Origin: Eledone cirrhosa
Lineage: Eukaryota
DNA: 64,000 nt
Assembly: GCA_964016885.1 (NCBI GenBank)
Contig: OZ024742.1
Location: 168,640,001-168,704,000 of the forward strand
Reading direction: 5' to 3'
The notes beneath the pieces are model-generated. The model was not told where the DNA came from, searched no databases, and was given only the letters and a program-made list of their open reading frames with translations. The translations under genes were made by a program, and so were the position numbers. Below, in pieces: positions 25,001 to 39,884 of the stretch. The number at the start of each line of letters is the position of its first letter. Within the stretch, counting starts at the first letter, position 1.

Positions 25001-27136
25001 CCATTAAAAATCCATTTAAAATCCATTAAAAATCCATTTAAAAAAATCCATTAAAAAAATCCATTAAAAAATCCATTTAATATATCCATTAAAAAAAATC
25101 CATTAAAAAAAACTCAATCAAAAACCCATAAAAGAAACATTAAAACAGCATTTAAAAAATCCATTAAAAAAATCCATTTAAAAAAATCCATTAAAAAATA
25201 TATTAAAAATCCAATAAAAATCCATTAAAAATCCATTAAAAAGCCATTAAAAATCCATTAAAAATCCATTAAAAATCCATTAAAAATCCATTAAAAATCC
25301 ATTTAAAAATCCATTTAAAAAAATCCATTAAAAAAATCCATTAAAAAAAACCATTTAAAAAATCCATTAAAAAAAATCCATTAAAAAAAAATCCATTAAA
25401 AAAAAAATCCATTAAAAAAAATCAATTAAAAAAAATCCATTAAAAATCCATTAAAAAATCCATTTAAAAAATCCATTAAAAACCCATTAAAAATCCATTA
25501 AAAATCCAATAAAAATCCATTTAAAAAACCCATTAAAAAAAATCCATTAAAAAAATCCATTAAAAAATCCATTAAAAAAAATCCATTAAAAAAAACCCAT
25601 TAAAAAAAAATCCATTAAAAAGATCCATTTAAAAAATCCATTAAAAAAATCCATTAAAAAAATCCATAAAAAAATCCATTAAAAAAAATCCATTAAAAAA
25701 AAATCCATTAAAAATCCATTAAAAAAATCCATTTAAAAAAATCCATTAAAAAATCCATTAAAAACCCATTAAAAATCCATTAAAAATCCATTAAAAATCC
25801 ATTAAAAAATCCATTAAAAAAAGCCATTAAAAAAATCCATTAAATAAATCCATTTAAAAAATCCATTAAAAAAAATCCATTTAAAAAACCCATTAAAAAA
25901 AATCCATTAAAAAAATCCATTTAAAAAATCCATTAAAAAAAATCCATAAAAAAATCCATTAAAAAAAATCCATTAAAAAAAAATCCGTTAAAAATAATCC
26001 ATTAAAAATCCATTAAAAATCCATTAAAAATCCATTAAAAATCCATTAAAAATCCATTAAAAATCCATTAAAAAATCCATTTAAAAAAATCCATTAAAAA
26101 AATCCATTAAAAAAATCAATTTAAAAAATCCATTAAAAAAAATCCATTAAAAAAAATCAATTTAAAAAAATCCATTAAAAATCCATTAAAAAAATCCATT
26201 TAAAAAAATCCATTAAAAACCCATTAAAAATCCATTAAAAATCCATTAAAAATCCATTTAAAAAACCCATTAAAAAAAATCCATTAAAAAAATCCATTTA
26301 AAAAATCCATAAAAAAAAATCCATTAAAAAAACCCATTAAAAAAAATCCATTAAAAAATCCATTTAAAAAATCCATTAAAAATACATTAAAGGCCCATTT
26401 TAAAATCCATTTAAAAAAATCCATTAAAAAATCCATTAAAAAATCCATTTAAAAAATCCATTAAAAAAAATCCATTAAAAAAAATCCATTTAAAAAATCC
26501 ATTAAAAAATCCATTTAAAAAATCCATTAAAAAAAATCCATTAAAAAATCCATTAAAAATCCATTAAAAAAAATCCAGTTAAAAAGCCATTAAAAAATCC
26601 ATTAAAAATCCATTAAAAATCCATTAAAAATCCATTTAAAAACCCATTAAAAAATCCATTTAAAAAATCCATTTAAAAAATCCATTAAAAAAAATCCATT
26701 TAAAAAAACCCATTAAAAAAAATCCATTAAAAAAATCCATTTAAAAAATCCATTAAAAAAAATCCATTAAAAAAAATCCATAAAAAAAATCCATTAAAAA
26801 AAATCCATTAAAAAAAAATCCGTTAAAAAAATCCATTTAAAACTCAATCAAAAACCAAATTAAAAGGCCATAAAAGAAACATTAAAACAGCATTTAAAAT
26901 ACCATTAAAAACGCCATAAAAAATCATTAAAATCCCATTAAAAATACATTAAAGGCCCATTAAAAACGCCATAAAAAATCCATTAAAAAAAATCCATTAA
27001 AAAAAATCCATTAAAAAAAAATCCGTTAAAAAAATCCATTAAAAACTCAATCAAAAACCCAATTAAAAGGCCAGAAAAGAAACATTAAAATAGCATTTAA
27101 AATACCATTAAAAACGCCATAAAAAATCATTAAAAT
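15986..27136. repeat. HOR unit B, 11,151 bp
   Basis: Insert-to-insert distance. Same marker order as unit A, with an 85 bp deletion near 18310. Confidence 0.92.
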
Positions 27137-27192
27137 TGTTTTTTATGAAATTTATAATATGGCTTTTAATGAACTTTTTAATGGGCTTTTAG
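27137..27192 (-). repeat. 56 bp inverted insert, copy 4
   Basis: Same sequence and flanks as 1484-1539. Confidence 0.95.
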
Positions 27193-30100
27193 AATCATTA
27201 AAATCCCATTAAAAATACATTAAAGGCCCATTAAAAACGCCATAAAAAATCCATTAAAAAAAATCCATTAAAAAAAAATTCAATCAAAAACCCATAAAAG
27301 AAACATTAAAACAGCATTTAAAAAACCCATTAAAAATTCATTAAAAAAATCCATTTAAAAAATCCATTAAAAATCCATTAAAAATCCATTAAAAATCCAT
27401 TAAAAATCCATTAAAAATAATCCATTAAAAAAATCCATTAAAAAAATCCATTAAAAAATTCATTTAAAAATCCATTAAAAAAAATCCATTAAAAAAAACT
27501 CAATCAAAAACCCATAAAAGAAACATTAAAACAGCATTTAAAAAAGCCATTAAAAAAAATCCATTTAAAAAAATCCATTAAAAAAGCCATTAAAAATACA
27601 TTAAAAATCCATTAAAAATCCATTAAAAATCCATTAAAAATCCATTAAAAATCCATTAAAAATCCATTAAAAAATCCATTTAAAAAAATCCATTAAAAAA
27701 ATCCATTAAAAAAATCCATTTAAAAAATCCATTTAAAAAATCCATTTAAAAAATCCATTAAAAAAAATCCATTAAAAAAAATCCATAAAAAAAATCCATT
27801 AAAAAAATCCATTAAAAAAAATCCGTTAAAAAAAATCCATTAAAAATCCATTAAAAATCCATTAAAAATCCATTAAAAATCCATTAAAAAATCCATTTAA
27901 AAAAATCCATTAAAAAAATCCATTAAAAAAATCCATTTAAAAAATCCATTAAAAAAATCCATGAAAAAAAAATCCATTAAAAAAAAAATCCATTAAAAAA
28001 AATCAATTTAAAAAAATCCATTAAAAATCCATTAAAAAAAATCCATTTAAAAAAATCCATTAAAAACCCATTAAAAATCAATTAAAAATCCATTAAAAAT
28101 CCATTAAAAAATCCATTTAAAAAACCCATTAAAAAAATCCATTAAAAAAATCCATTTAAAAAATCCATTAAAAAAAATCCATTAGAAAAAACCCATTAAA
28201 AAAAATCCATTAAAAAAATCCATTTAAAAAAATCCATTAAAAAAAATCCATTAAAAAAATCCATAAAAAAATCCATTAAAAAAATCCATTAAAAAAAATC
28301 CATTAAAAAAATCCATTAAAAATCCATTAAAAAAAATCCATTAAAAAAATCCATTTAAAAAAATCCATTAAAAAAAATCCATTAAAAAAATCCATAAAAA
28401 AATCCATTAAAAAAATCCATTAAAAAAAATCCATTAAAAAATTTCATTAAAAATCCATTAAAAAAATCCATTTAAAAAAATCCATTTAAAAATCCATTAA
28501 AAACCCATTAAAATCCATTAAAAATCCATTAAAAATCCATTTAAAAAATCCATTAAAAAAAATCCATTAAAAACACCCATTAAAAAAATCCATTAAAAAA
28601 ATCCATTTAAAAAAATCCATTAAAAAAATCCATTAGAAAAAACCCATTAAAAAAAATCCATTAAAAAAATCCATTTAAAAAAATCCATTAAAAAAAATCC
28701 ATTAAAAAAATCCATAAAAAAATCAATTAAAAAAATCCATTAAAAAAAATCCATTAAAAAAATCCATTAAAAATCCATTAAAAAAATCCATTTAAAAAAA
28801 TCCATTTAAAAATCCATTAAAAACCCATTAAAATCCATTAAAAATCCATTAAAAATCCATTTAAAAAATCCATTAAAAAAAATCCATTAAAAACACCCAT
28901 TAAAAAAAATCCATTAAAAAAATCCATTTAAAAAAATCCATTAAAAAAATCCATTAAAAAAATCCATAAAAAAATCCATTAAAAAAATCCATTAAAAAAA
29001 TCCATTAAAAAAATCCATTAAAAATCCATTAAAAAAATCCATTTAAAAAAATCCATTTAAAAATCCATTAAAAACCCATTAAAATCCATTAAAAATCCAT
29101 TAAAAAATCCATTTAAAAAACCCATTAAAAAAATCTATGAAAAAAATCCATTTAAAAAATCCATTAAAAAAAATCCATTTAAAAAAACCCATTAAAAAAA
29201 TCCATTAAAAAAATCCATTTAAAAAATCCATTAAAAAAAATCCATTAAAAAAAATCCATAAAAAAAATCCATTAAAAAAAATCCATTAAAAAAAAATCCG
29301 TTAAAAAAAAATCCATTAAAAAAAAATCCGTTAAAAAAAATCCATTAAAAGCTCAATCAAAAACCCATTAAAAACGCCATAAAAATCATTAAAATCCCAT
29401 TAAAGATACATTAAAGGCCCATTAAAAACGCCATAAAAAATCCATTAAAAAAATCCATTAAAAAAAACTCAATCAAAAACCCATAAAAGAAACATTAAAA
29501 CAGCATTTAAAAAATCCATTAAAAATCCATTAAAAAAATCCATTTAAAAAAATCCATTAAAAAATCCATTAAAAATCCATTAAAAATCCATTAAAAATCC
29601 ATTAAAAACCCATTAAAAATCCATTAAAAATCCATTAAAAATCCATTAAAAAATCCATTTAAAAAAATCCATTTAAAAAATCCATTTAAAAAACCCATTA
29701 CAAAAAATCCATTAAAAAAAATCCATTAAAAAAAAAGCCATTAAAAAAAATCCAATAAAAAAAATCCATTAAAAATCCATTAAAAAATCCATTTAAAAAA
29801 AATCCATTAAAAATCCATTAAAAATCCATTAAAAAATCCATTTAAAAAACCCATTAAAAAAATCCATTAAAAAAAACTCAATCAAAAACCCATAAAAGAA
29901 ACATTAAAACAACATTTAAAAAATCCATTAAAAAAATCCATTTAAAAAAATCCATTAAAAAATCCATTAAAAATCCATTAAAAATCCATTAAAAATCCAT
30001 TAAAAATCCATTAAAAATCCATTAAAAATCCATTAAAAAATCCATTTAAAAAAATCCATTAAAAAATCCATTTAAAAAATCCATTAAAAAAATCCATTAA

Positions 30101-33100
30101 AAAAAAATCCATTAAAAAAAAATCCATTAAAAAAAATCAATTTAAAAAAATCCATTAAAAATCCATTAAAAAAATCCATTAAAAAAAATCCATTAAAAAC
30201 CCATTAAAAACAAATTAAAAACCCATTAAAAATCCATTAAAAATCCATTAAAAATCCATTTAAAAAACCCATTTAAAAAAATCCATTAAAAAAAATCCAT
30301 TTAAAAAATCCATTAAAAAAAATCCATTAAAAAAACCCATTAAAAAAATCCATTAAAAAAATCCATTTAAAAAATCCATTATCAAAAATTCATTAAAAAA
30401 AATCCATAAAAAAATCCATTAAAAAAATCCATTAAAAAAAATCCATTAAAAAAAATCCATTAAAAATCCATTAAAAAAATCCATTTAAAAAAATCCATTA
30501 AAAAATCCATTAAAAAACCCATTAAAAATCCATTAAAAATCCATTAAAAATCCATTAAAAATCCATTTAAAAAACCCATTAAAAAAATCCATTTAAAAAA
30601 TCCATTAAAAAAATCCATTAAAAAAACCCATTAAAAAAAATCCATTAAAAAAATCCATTAAAAAAATCCATTAAAAAAAAATCCGTTAAAAAAAATCCAT
30701 TAAAAATCCATTAAAAAATCCATTAAAAAAATCCATTTAAAAAAATCCATTAAAAAAATCCATTTAAAAAATCCATTAAAAAAAATCCATTAAAAAAAAA
30801 CCCATTAAAAAAAAATCCATTAAAAAAATCCATTTAAAAAATCCATTAAAAAAATCCATTAAAAAAAATCCATAAAAAAATCCATTAAAAAAAGTCCATT
30901 AAAAAAACCCATTAAAAAAAATCCATTAAAAAATCAATTAAAAACCCATTAAAAATCCATTAAAAATCCATTAAAAATCCATTAAAAATCCATTTAAAAA
31001 AATCCATTTAAAAAATCCATTAAAAAAATCCATTTAAAAAATCCATTAAAAAAAATCCATTAAAAAAAAATCCATTAAAAAAAATCCATTAAAAAAAATC
31101 AATTTAAAAAAATCCATTAAAAATCCATTAAAAAAATCCATTTAAAAAAATCCATTAAAAACCCATTAAAAATCCATTAAAAATCCATTAAAAAATCCAT
31201 TTAAAAAACCCATTAAAAAAAATCCATTAAAAAAAACCCATTAAAAAATCCATTAAAAAAATCCATTTAAAAAATCCATAAAAAAAAATCCATTAAAAAA
31301 ATCCATAAAAAAATCCATTAAAAAAATCCATTAAAAAAAAATCCATTAAAAAAAATCCATTAAAAATCCATTAACAAAATCCATTTAAAAAAATCCATTA
31401 AAAAATCCATTAAAAACCCATTAAAAATCCATTAAAAATCCATTAAAAATCCATTAAAAAATCCATTTAAAAAACCATTAAAAAAATCCATTAAAAAAAT
31501 CCATTTAAAAAATCCATTAAAAAAATCCATTTAAAAAACCCATTAAAAAAAACCCATTAAAAAAATCCATTTAAAAAATCCATTAAAAAAAATCCATTAA
31601 AAAAATCCATAAAAAAAATCCATTAAAAAAAATCCATTAAAAAAAAATCCGTTAAAAAAATCCATTAAAAAAAAATCCGTTAAAAAAAATCCATTAAAAG
31701 CTCAATCAAAAACCCATTAAAAACGCCATAAAAATCATTAAAATCCCATTAAAGATACATTAAAGGCCCATTAAAAACGCGATAAAAAATCCATTAAAAA
31801 AATCCATTAAAAAAAAATCAATCAAAAACCCATAAAAGAAACATTAAAACAACATTTAAAAAATCCATTAAAAATCCATTAAAAAATCCATTTAAAAAAA
31901 TCCATTAAAAAAAATCCTTTTAAAAAATCCATTTAAAAAATCCATTAAAAAAAATCCATTAAAAATATCCATTTAAAAAAAAAGCCATTAAAAAAAATCC
32001 ATTAAAAAAAATCCATTAAAAATCCATTAAAAATCCATTTAAAAAATCCATTAAAAAATCCATTAAAAACCCATTAAAAATCCATTAAAAATCCATTAAA
32101 AATCCATTAAAAAATCCATTTAAAAAACCCATTAAAAAAATCCATTAAAAAAATCCATTTAAAAAATCCATTAAAAAAAATCCATTTAAAAAACCCATTA
32201 AAAAAAATCCATTAAAAAAATCCATTTAAAAAATCCATTAAAAAAAATCCATAAAAAAATCCATTAAAAACAATCCATTAAAAAAAAATCCGTTAAAAAA
32301 AATCCATTAAAAATCCATTAAAAATCCATTAAAACATCCATTTAAAAAAATCCATTAAAAAAATCCAAAAAAATCAATTAAAAAAATCCATTAAAAAAAA
32401 TCCATTAAAAACAAAATCCATTAAAAAAAATCAATTTAATAAAATCCATTAAAAATCCATTAAAAAAATCCATTAAAAACCCATTAAAAATCCATTAAAA
32501 ATCCATTAAAAATCCCTTAAAAATCCATTAAAAATCCATTAAAAATCCATTAAAAAATCCATTTAAAAAAATCCATTAAAAAAATCAATTAAAAAAATAC
32601 ATTTAAAAAATCCATTTAAAAAATCCATTAAAAAAAAATCCATTAAAAAAAAATCCATTAAAAAAAAAATCCATTAAAAAAAATCCATTTAAAAAATCCA
32701 TTAAAAATCCATTAAAAAAATCCATTTAAAAAAAGCCATTAAAAACCCATTAAAAATCCATTAAAAATCCATTAAAAATCCATTAAAAAATCCATTTAAA
32801 AAACCCATTAAAAAAATATATTAAAAAAACCCATTAAAAAAATCCATTAAAAAAATCCATTTAAAAAATCCATTAAAAAAAATTCATTAAAAAAAATCCA
32901 TAAAAAAATCCATTAAAAAAATCCATTAAAAAAATCCATTAAAAAAAATCCATTAAAAATCCATTAAAAAAATCCATTTAAAAAAATCCATTAAAAAATC
33001 CATTAAAAAACCCATTAAAAATCCATTAAAAATCCATTAAAAAGCCATTAAAAATCCATTTAAAAAACCCATTAAAAAAATCCATTTAAAAAATCCATTA

Positions 33101-36100
33101 AAAAAATCCATTAAAAAAACCCATTAAAAAAAACCCATTAAAAAAATCCATTAAAAAAATCCATTAAAAAAAAATCCGTTAAAAAAAATCCATTAAAAAT
33201 CCATTAAAAAATCCATTAAAAAAATCCATTTAAAAAAATCCATTAAAAAAATCCATTTAAAAAATCCATTAAAAAAAATCCATTAAAAAAAAACCCATTA
33301 AAAAAAAATCCATTAAAAAAATCCATTTAAAAAATCCATTAAAAAAATCCATTAAAAAAAATCCATAAAAAAATCCATTAAAAAAAGTCCATTAAAAAAA
33401 CCCATTAAAAAAAATCCATTAAAAAATCAATTAAAAACCCATTAAAAATCCATTAAAAATCCATTAAAAATCCATTAAAAATCCATTTAAAAAAATCCAT
33501 TTAAAAAATCCATTAAAAAAATCCATTTAAAAAATCCATTAAAAAAAATCCATTTAAAAAAAATCCATTAAAAAAAATCCATTAAAAAAAATCAATTTAA
33601 AAAAATCCATTAAAAATCCATTAAAAAAATCCATTTAAAAAAATCCATTAAAAACCCATTAAAAATCCATTAAAAATCCATTAAAAAATCCATTTAAAAA
33701 ACCCATTAAAAAAAATCCATTAAAAAAAACCCATTAAAAAATCCATTAAAAAAATCCATTTAAAAAATCCATAAAAAAAAATCCATTAAAAAAATCCATA
33801 AAAAAATCCATTAACAAAATCCATTTAAAAAAATCCATTAAAAAATCCATTAAAAACCCATTAAAAATCCATTAAAAATCCATTAAAAATCCATTAAAAA
33901 ATCCATTTAAAAAACCATTAAAAAAATCCATTAAAAAAATCCATTTAAAAAATCCATTAAAAAAATCCATTTAAAAAACCCATTAAAAAAAACCCATTAA
34001 AAAAATCCATTTAAAAAATCCATTAAAAAAAATCCATTAAAAAAATCCATAAAAAAAATCCATTAAAAAAAATCCATTAAAAAAAAATCCGTTAAAAAAA
34101 TCCATTAAAAAAAAATCCGTTAAAAAAAATCCATTAAAAGCTCAATCAAAAACCCATTAAAAACGCCATAAAAATCATTAAAATCCCATTAAAGATACAT
34201 TAAAGGCCCATTAAAAACGCGATAAAAAATCCATTAAAAAAATCCATTAAAAAAAAATCAATCAAAAACCCATAAAAGAAACATTAAAACAACATTTAAA
34301 AAATCCATTAAAAATCCATTAAAAAATCCATTTAAAAAAATCCATTAAAAAAAATCCTTTTAAAAAATCCATTTAAAAAATCCATTAAAAAAAATCCATT
34401 AAAAATATCCATTTAAAAAAAAAGCCATTAAAAAAAATCCATTAAAAAAAATCCATTAAAAATCCATTAAAAATCCATTTAAAAAATCCATTAAAAAATC
34501 CATTAAAAACCCATTAAAAATCCATTAAAAATCCATTAAAAATCCATTAAAAAATCCATTTAAAAAACCCATTAAAAAAATCCATTAAAAAAATCCATTT
34601 AAAAAATCCATTAAAAAAAATCCATTTAAAAAAACCCATTAAAAAAAATCCATTAAAAAAATCCATTTAAAAAATCCATTAAAAAAAATCCATAAAAAAA
34701 TCCATTAAAAACAATCCATTAAAAAAAAATCCGTTAAAAAAAATCCATTAAAAATCCATTAAAAATCCATTAAAACATCCATTTAAAAAAATCCATTAAA
34801 AAAATCCAAAAAAATCAATTAAAAAAATCCATTAAAAAAAATCCATTAAAAACAAAATCCATTAAAAAAAATCAATTTAATAAAATCCATTAAAAATCCA
34901 TTAAAAAAATCCATTAAAAACCCATTAAAAATCCATTAAAAATCCATTAAAAATCCCTTAAAAATCCATTAAAAATCCATTAAAAATCCATTAAAAAATC
35001 CATTTAAAAAAATCCATTAAAAAAATCAATTAAAAAAATACATTTAAAAAATCCATTTAAAAAATCCATTAAAAAAAAATCCATTAAAAAAAAATCCATT
35101 AAAAAAAAAATCCATTAAAAAAAATCCATTTAAAAAATCCATTAAAAACCCATTAAAAATCAATTAAAAATCCATTAAAAATCCATTAAAAAATCCATTT
35201 AAAAAACCCATTAAAAAAATCCATTAAAAAATCCATTTAAAAAATCCATTAAAAAAAATCCATTAGAAAAAACCCATTAAAAAAAATCCATTAAAAAAAT
35301 CCATTTAAAAAAATCCATTTAAAAAAATCAATTAAAAAAATCCATAAAAAAATCCATTAAAAAAATCCATTAAAAAAAATCCATTAAAAAAATCCATTAA
35401 AAATCCATTAAAAAAATCCATTAAAAAAAATCCATTTAAAAATCCATTAAAAACCCATTAAAATCCATTAAAAATCCATTAAAAATCCATTTAAAAAATC
35501 CATTAAAAAAAATCCATTAAAAAAACCCATTAAAAAAAATCCATTTAAAAAATCCATTTAAAAAAATCCATTAAAAAAAATCCATTAAAAAAATCCATAA
35601 AAAATCCATTAAAAAAATCCATTAAAAAAATCCATTAAAAAAATCCATTAAAAATCCATTAAAAAAATCCATTTAAAAAAATCCATTTAAAAATCCATTA
35701 AAAACCCATTAAAATCCATTAAAAATCCATTAAAAATCCATTAAAAAATCCATTTAAAAAACCCATTAAAAAAATCCATTAAAAAAATCCATTTAAAAAA
35801 TCCATTAAAAAAAATCCATTTAAAAAAACCCATTAAAAAAATCCATTAAAAAAATCCATTTAAAAAATCCATTAAAAAAAATCCATTAAAAAAAATCCAT
35901 AAAAAAAATCCATTAAAAAAAATCCATTAAAAAAAAATCCGTTAAAAAAAATCCATTAAAAAAAAATCCGTTAAAAAAAATCCATTAAAAGCTCAATCAA
36001 AAACCCATTAAAAACGCCATAAAAATCATTAAAATCCCATTAAAGATACATTAAAGGCCCATTAAAAACGCCATAAAAAATCCATTAAAAAAATCCATTA

Positions 36101-39100
36101 AAAAAAACTCAATCAAAAACCCATAAAAGAAACATTAAAACAGCATTTAAAAAATCCATTAAAAATCCATTAAAAAAATCCATTAAAAAAAATCCATTAA
36201 AAAATCCATTAAAAATCCATTAAAAATCCATTAAAAATCCATTAAAAACCCATTAAAAATCCATTAAAAATCCATTAAAAATCCATTAAAAAATCCATTT
36301 AAAAAAATCCATTTAAAAAATCCATTTAAAAAACCCATTACAAAAAATCCATTAAAAAAAATCCATTAAAAAAAAAGCCATTAAAAAAAATCCATTAAAA
36401 AAAATCCGTTAAAAATCCATTAAAAAATCCATTTAAAAAAAATCCATTAAAAATCCATTAAAAATCCATTAAAAATCCATTAAAAAATCCATTTAAAAAA
36501 ATCCATTTAAAAAATCCATTTAAAAAACCCATTACAAAAAATCCATTAAAAAAAATCCATTAAAAAAACCCATTAAAAAAATCCATTAAAAAAATCCATT
36601 TAAAAAATCCATTAAAAAAAATTCATTAAAAAAAAATCCATAAAAAAATCCATTAAAAAAATCCATTAAAAAAAAATCCATTAAAAAAAATCCATTAAAA
36701 ATCCATTAAAAACATCCATTTAAAAAAATCGATTAAAAAATCCATTAAAAAACCCATTAAAAATCCATTAAAAATCCATTAAAAATCCATTAAAAATCCA
36801 TTTAAAAAACCCATTAAAAAAATCCATTTAAAAAATCCATTAAAAAAAAACCATTAAAAAAAACCCATTAAAAAAAATCCATTAAAAAAATCCATTAAAA
36901 AAATCCATTAAAAAAAATCCGTTAAAAAAAATCCATTAAAAATCCATTAAAAAATCCATTAAAAAAATCCATTAAAAAAAATCCATTAAAAAAATCCATT
37001 TAAAAAATCCATTAAAAAAAATCCATTAAAAAAAAACCCATTAAAAAAAAATCCATTAAAAAAATCCATTTAAAAAATCCATTAAAAAAATCCATTAAAA
37101 AAAATCCATAAAAAAATCCATTAAAAAAAGTCCATTAAAAATCAATTAAAAAAACCCATTAAAAAAATCCATTAAAAAATCCATTAAAAACCCATTAAAA
37201 ATCCATTAAAAATCCATTAAAAAATCCATTTAAAAAACCCATTAAAAAAATCCATTAAAAAAATCCATTTATAAAATCCATTAAAAAATCCATTAAAAAA
37301 AATCCCATTAAAAAAAAATCCATTAAAAAAATCCATTTAAAAAATCCATTAAAAAAAATCCATTAAAAAAAATCCATTAAAAAATCCATTAAAAAAAGTC
37401 CATTAAAAATCCATTAAAAAAATCCATTTAAAAAAATCCATTTAAAAATCCATTAAAAACCCATTAAAAATCCATTAAAAATCCATTAAAAATCCATTAA
37501 AAATCCATTTAAAAAAATCCATTAAAAAAATCCATTAAAAAATCCATTTAATAAATCCATTAAAAAAAATCCATTAAAAAAAACTCAATCAAAAACCCAT
37601 AAAAGAAACATTAAAACAGCATTTAAAAAACCCATTAAAAATTCATTAAAAAAATCCATTTGAAAAATCCATTAAAAATCCATTAAAAATCCATTAAAAA
37701 TCCATTTAAAATCCATTAAAAATCCATTTAAAAAAATCCATTAAAAAAATCCATTAAAAAATCCATTTAATATATCCATTAAAAAAAATCCATTAAAAAA
37801 AACTCAATCAAAAACCCATAAAAGAAACATTAAAACAGCATTTAAAAAATCCATTAAAAAAATCCATTTAAAAAAATCCATTAAAAAATATATTAAAAAT
37901 CCAATAAAAATCCATTAAAAATCCATTAAAAAGCCATTAAAAATCCATTAAAAATCCATTAAAAATCCATTAAAAATCCATTAAAAATCCATTTAAAAAT
38001 CCATTTAAAAAAATCCATTAAAAAAATCCATTAAAAAAAAACATTTAAAAAATCCATTAAAAAAAATCCATTAAAAAAAAATCCATTAAAAAAAAAATCC
38101 ATTAAAAAAAATCAATTAAAAAAAATCCATTAAAAATCCATTAAAAAATCCATTTAAAAAATCCATTAAAAACCCATTAAAAATCCATTAAAAATCCAAT
38201 AAAAATCCATTTAAAAAACCCATTAAAAAAAATCCATTAAAAAAATCCATTAAAAAAATCCATTAAAAAAAATCCATTAAAAAAAACCCATTAAAAAAAA
38301 ATCCATTAAAAAGATCCATTTAAAAAATCCATTAAAAAAATCCATTAAAAAAATCCATAAAAAAATCCATTAAAAAAAATCCATTAAAAAAAAATCCATT
38401 AAAAATCCATTAAAAAAATCCATTTAAAAAAATCCATTAAAAAATCCATTAAAAACCCATTAAAAATCCATTAAAAATCCATTAAAAATCCATTAAAAAA
38501 TCCATTTAAAAAACCCATTAAAAAAATCCATTAAATAAATCCATTTAAAAAATCCATTAAAAAAAATCCATTTAAAAAACCCATTAAAAAAAATCCATTA
38601 AAAAAATCCATTTAAAAAATCCATTAAAAAAAATCCATAAAAAAATCCATTAAAAAAAATCCATTAAAAAAAAATCCGTTAAAAATAATCCATTAAAAAT
38701 CCATTAAAAATCCATTAAAAATCCATTAAAAATCCATTAAAAATCCATTAAAAATCCATTAAAAAATCCATTTAAAAAAATCCATTAAAAAAATCCATTA
38801 AAAAAATCAATTTAAAAAATCCATTAAAAAAAATCCATTAAAAAAAATCAATTTAAAAAAATCCATTAAAAATCCATTAAAAAAATCCATTTAAAAAAAT
38901 CCATTAAAAACCCATTAAAAATCCATTAAAAATCCATTAAAAATCCATTTAAAAAACCCATTAAAAAAAATCCATTAAAAAAATCCATTTAAAAAATCCA
39001 TAAAAAAAAATCCATTAAAAAAACCCATTAAAAAAAATCCATTAAAAAATCCATTTAAAAAATCCATTAAAAATACATTAAAGGCCCATTTTAAAATCCA

Positions 39101-39828
39101 TTTAAAAAAATCCATTAAAAAATCCATTAAAAAATCCATTTAAAAAATCCATTAAAAAAAATCCATTAAAAAAAATCCATTTAAAAAATCCATTAAAAAA
39201 TCCATTTAAAAAATCCATTAAAAAAAATCCATTAAAAAATCCATTAAAAATCCATTAAAAAAAATCCATTTAAAAAAGCCATTAAAAAATCCATTAAAAA
39301 TCCATTAAAAATCCATTAAAAATCCATTTAAAAACCCATTAAAAAATCCATTTAAAAAATCCATTTAAAAAATCCATTAAAAAAAATCCATTTAAAAAAA
39401 CCCATTAAAAAAAATCCATTAAAAAAATCCATTTAAAAAATCCATTAAAAAAAATCCATTAAAAAAAATCCATAAAAAAAATCCATTAAAAAAAATCCAT
39501 TAAAAAAAAATCCGTTAAAAAAATCCATTTAAAACTCAATCAAAAACCAAATTAAAAGGCCATAAAAGAAACATTAAAACAGCATTTAAAATACCATTAA
39601 AAACGCCATAAAAAATCATTAAAATCCCATTAAAAATACATTAAAGGCCCATTAAAAACGCCATAAAAAATCCATTAAAAAAAATCCATTAAAAAAAATC
39701 CATTAAAAAAAAATCCGTTAAAAAAATCCATTAAAAACTCAATCAAAAACCCAATTAAAAGGCCAGAAAAGAAACATTAAAATAGCATTTAAAATACCAT
39801 TAAAAACGCCATAAAAAATCATTAAAAT
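27137..39828. repeat. HOR unit C, 12,692 bp (2.44 kb duplication plus ~1 kb deletion)
   Basis: The CGCGATA island occurs twice (31700, 34140). The second CCATG block is missing, with a junction near 35145. Confidence 0.88.
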
Positions 39829-39884
39829 TGTTTTTTATGAAATTTATAATATGGCTTTTAATGAACTTTTTAATGGGCTTTTAG
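39829..39884 (-). repeat. 56 bp inverted insert, copy 5
   Basis: Same sequence and flanks as 1484-1539. Confidence 0.95.
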
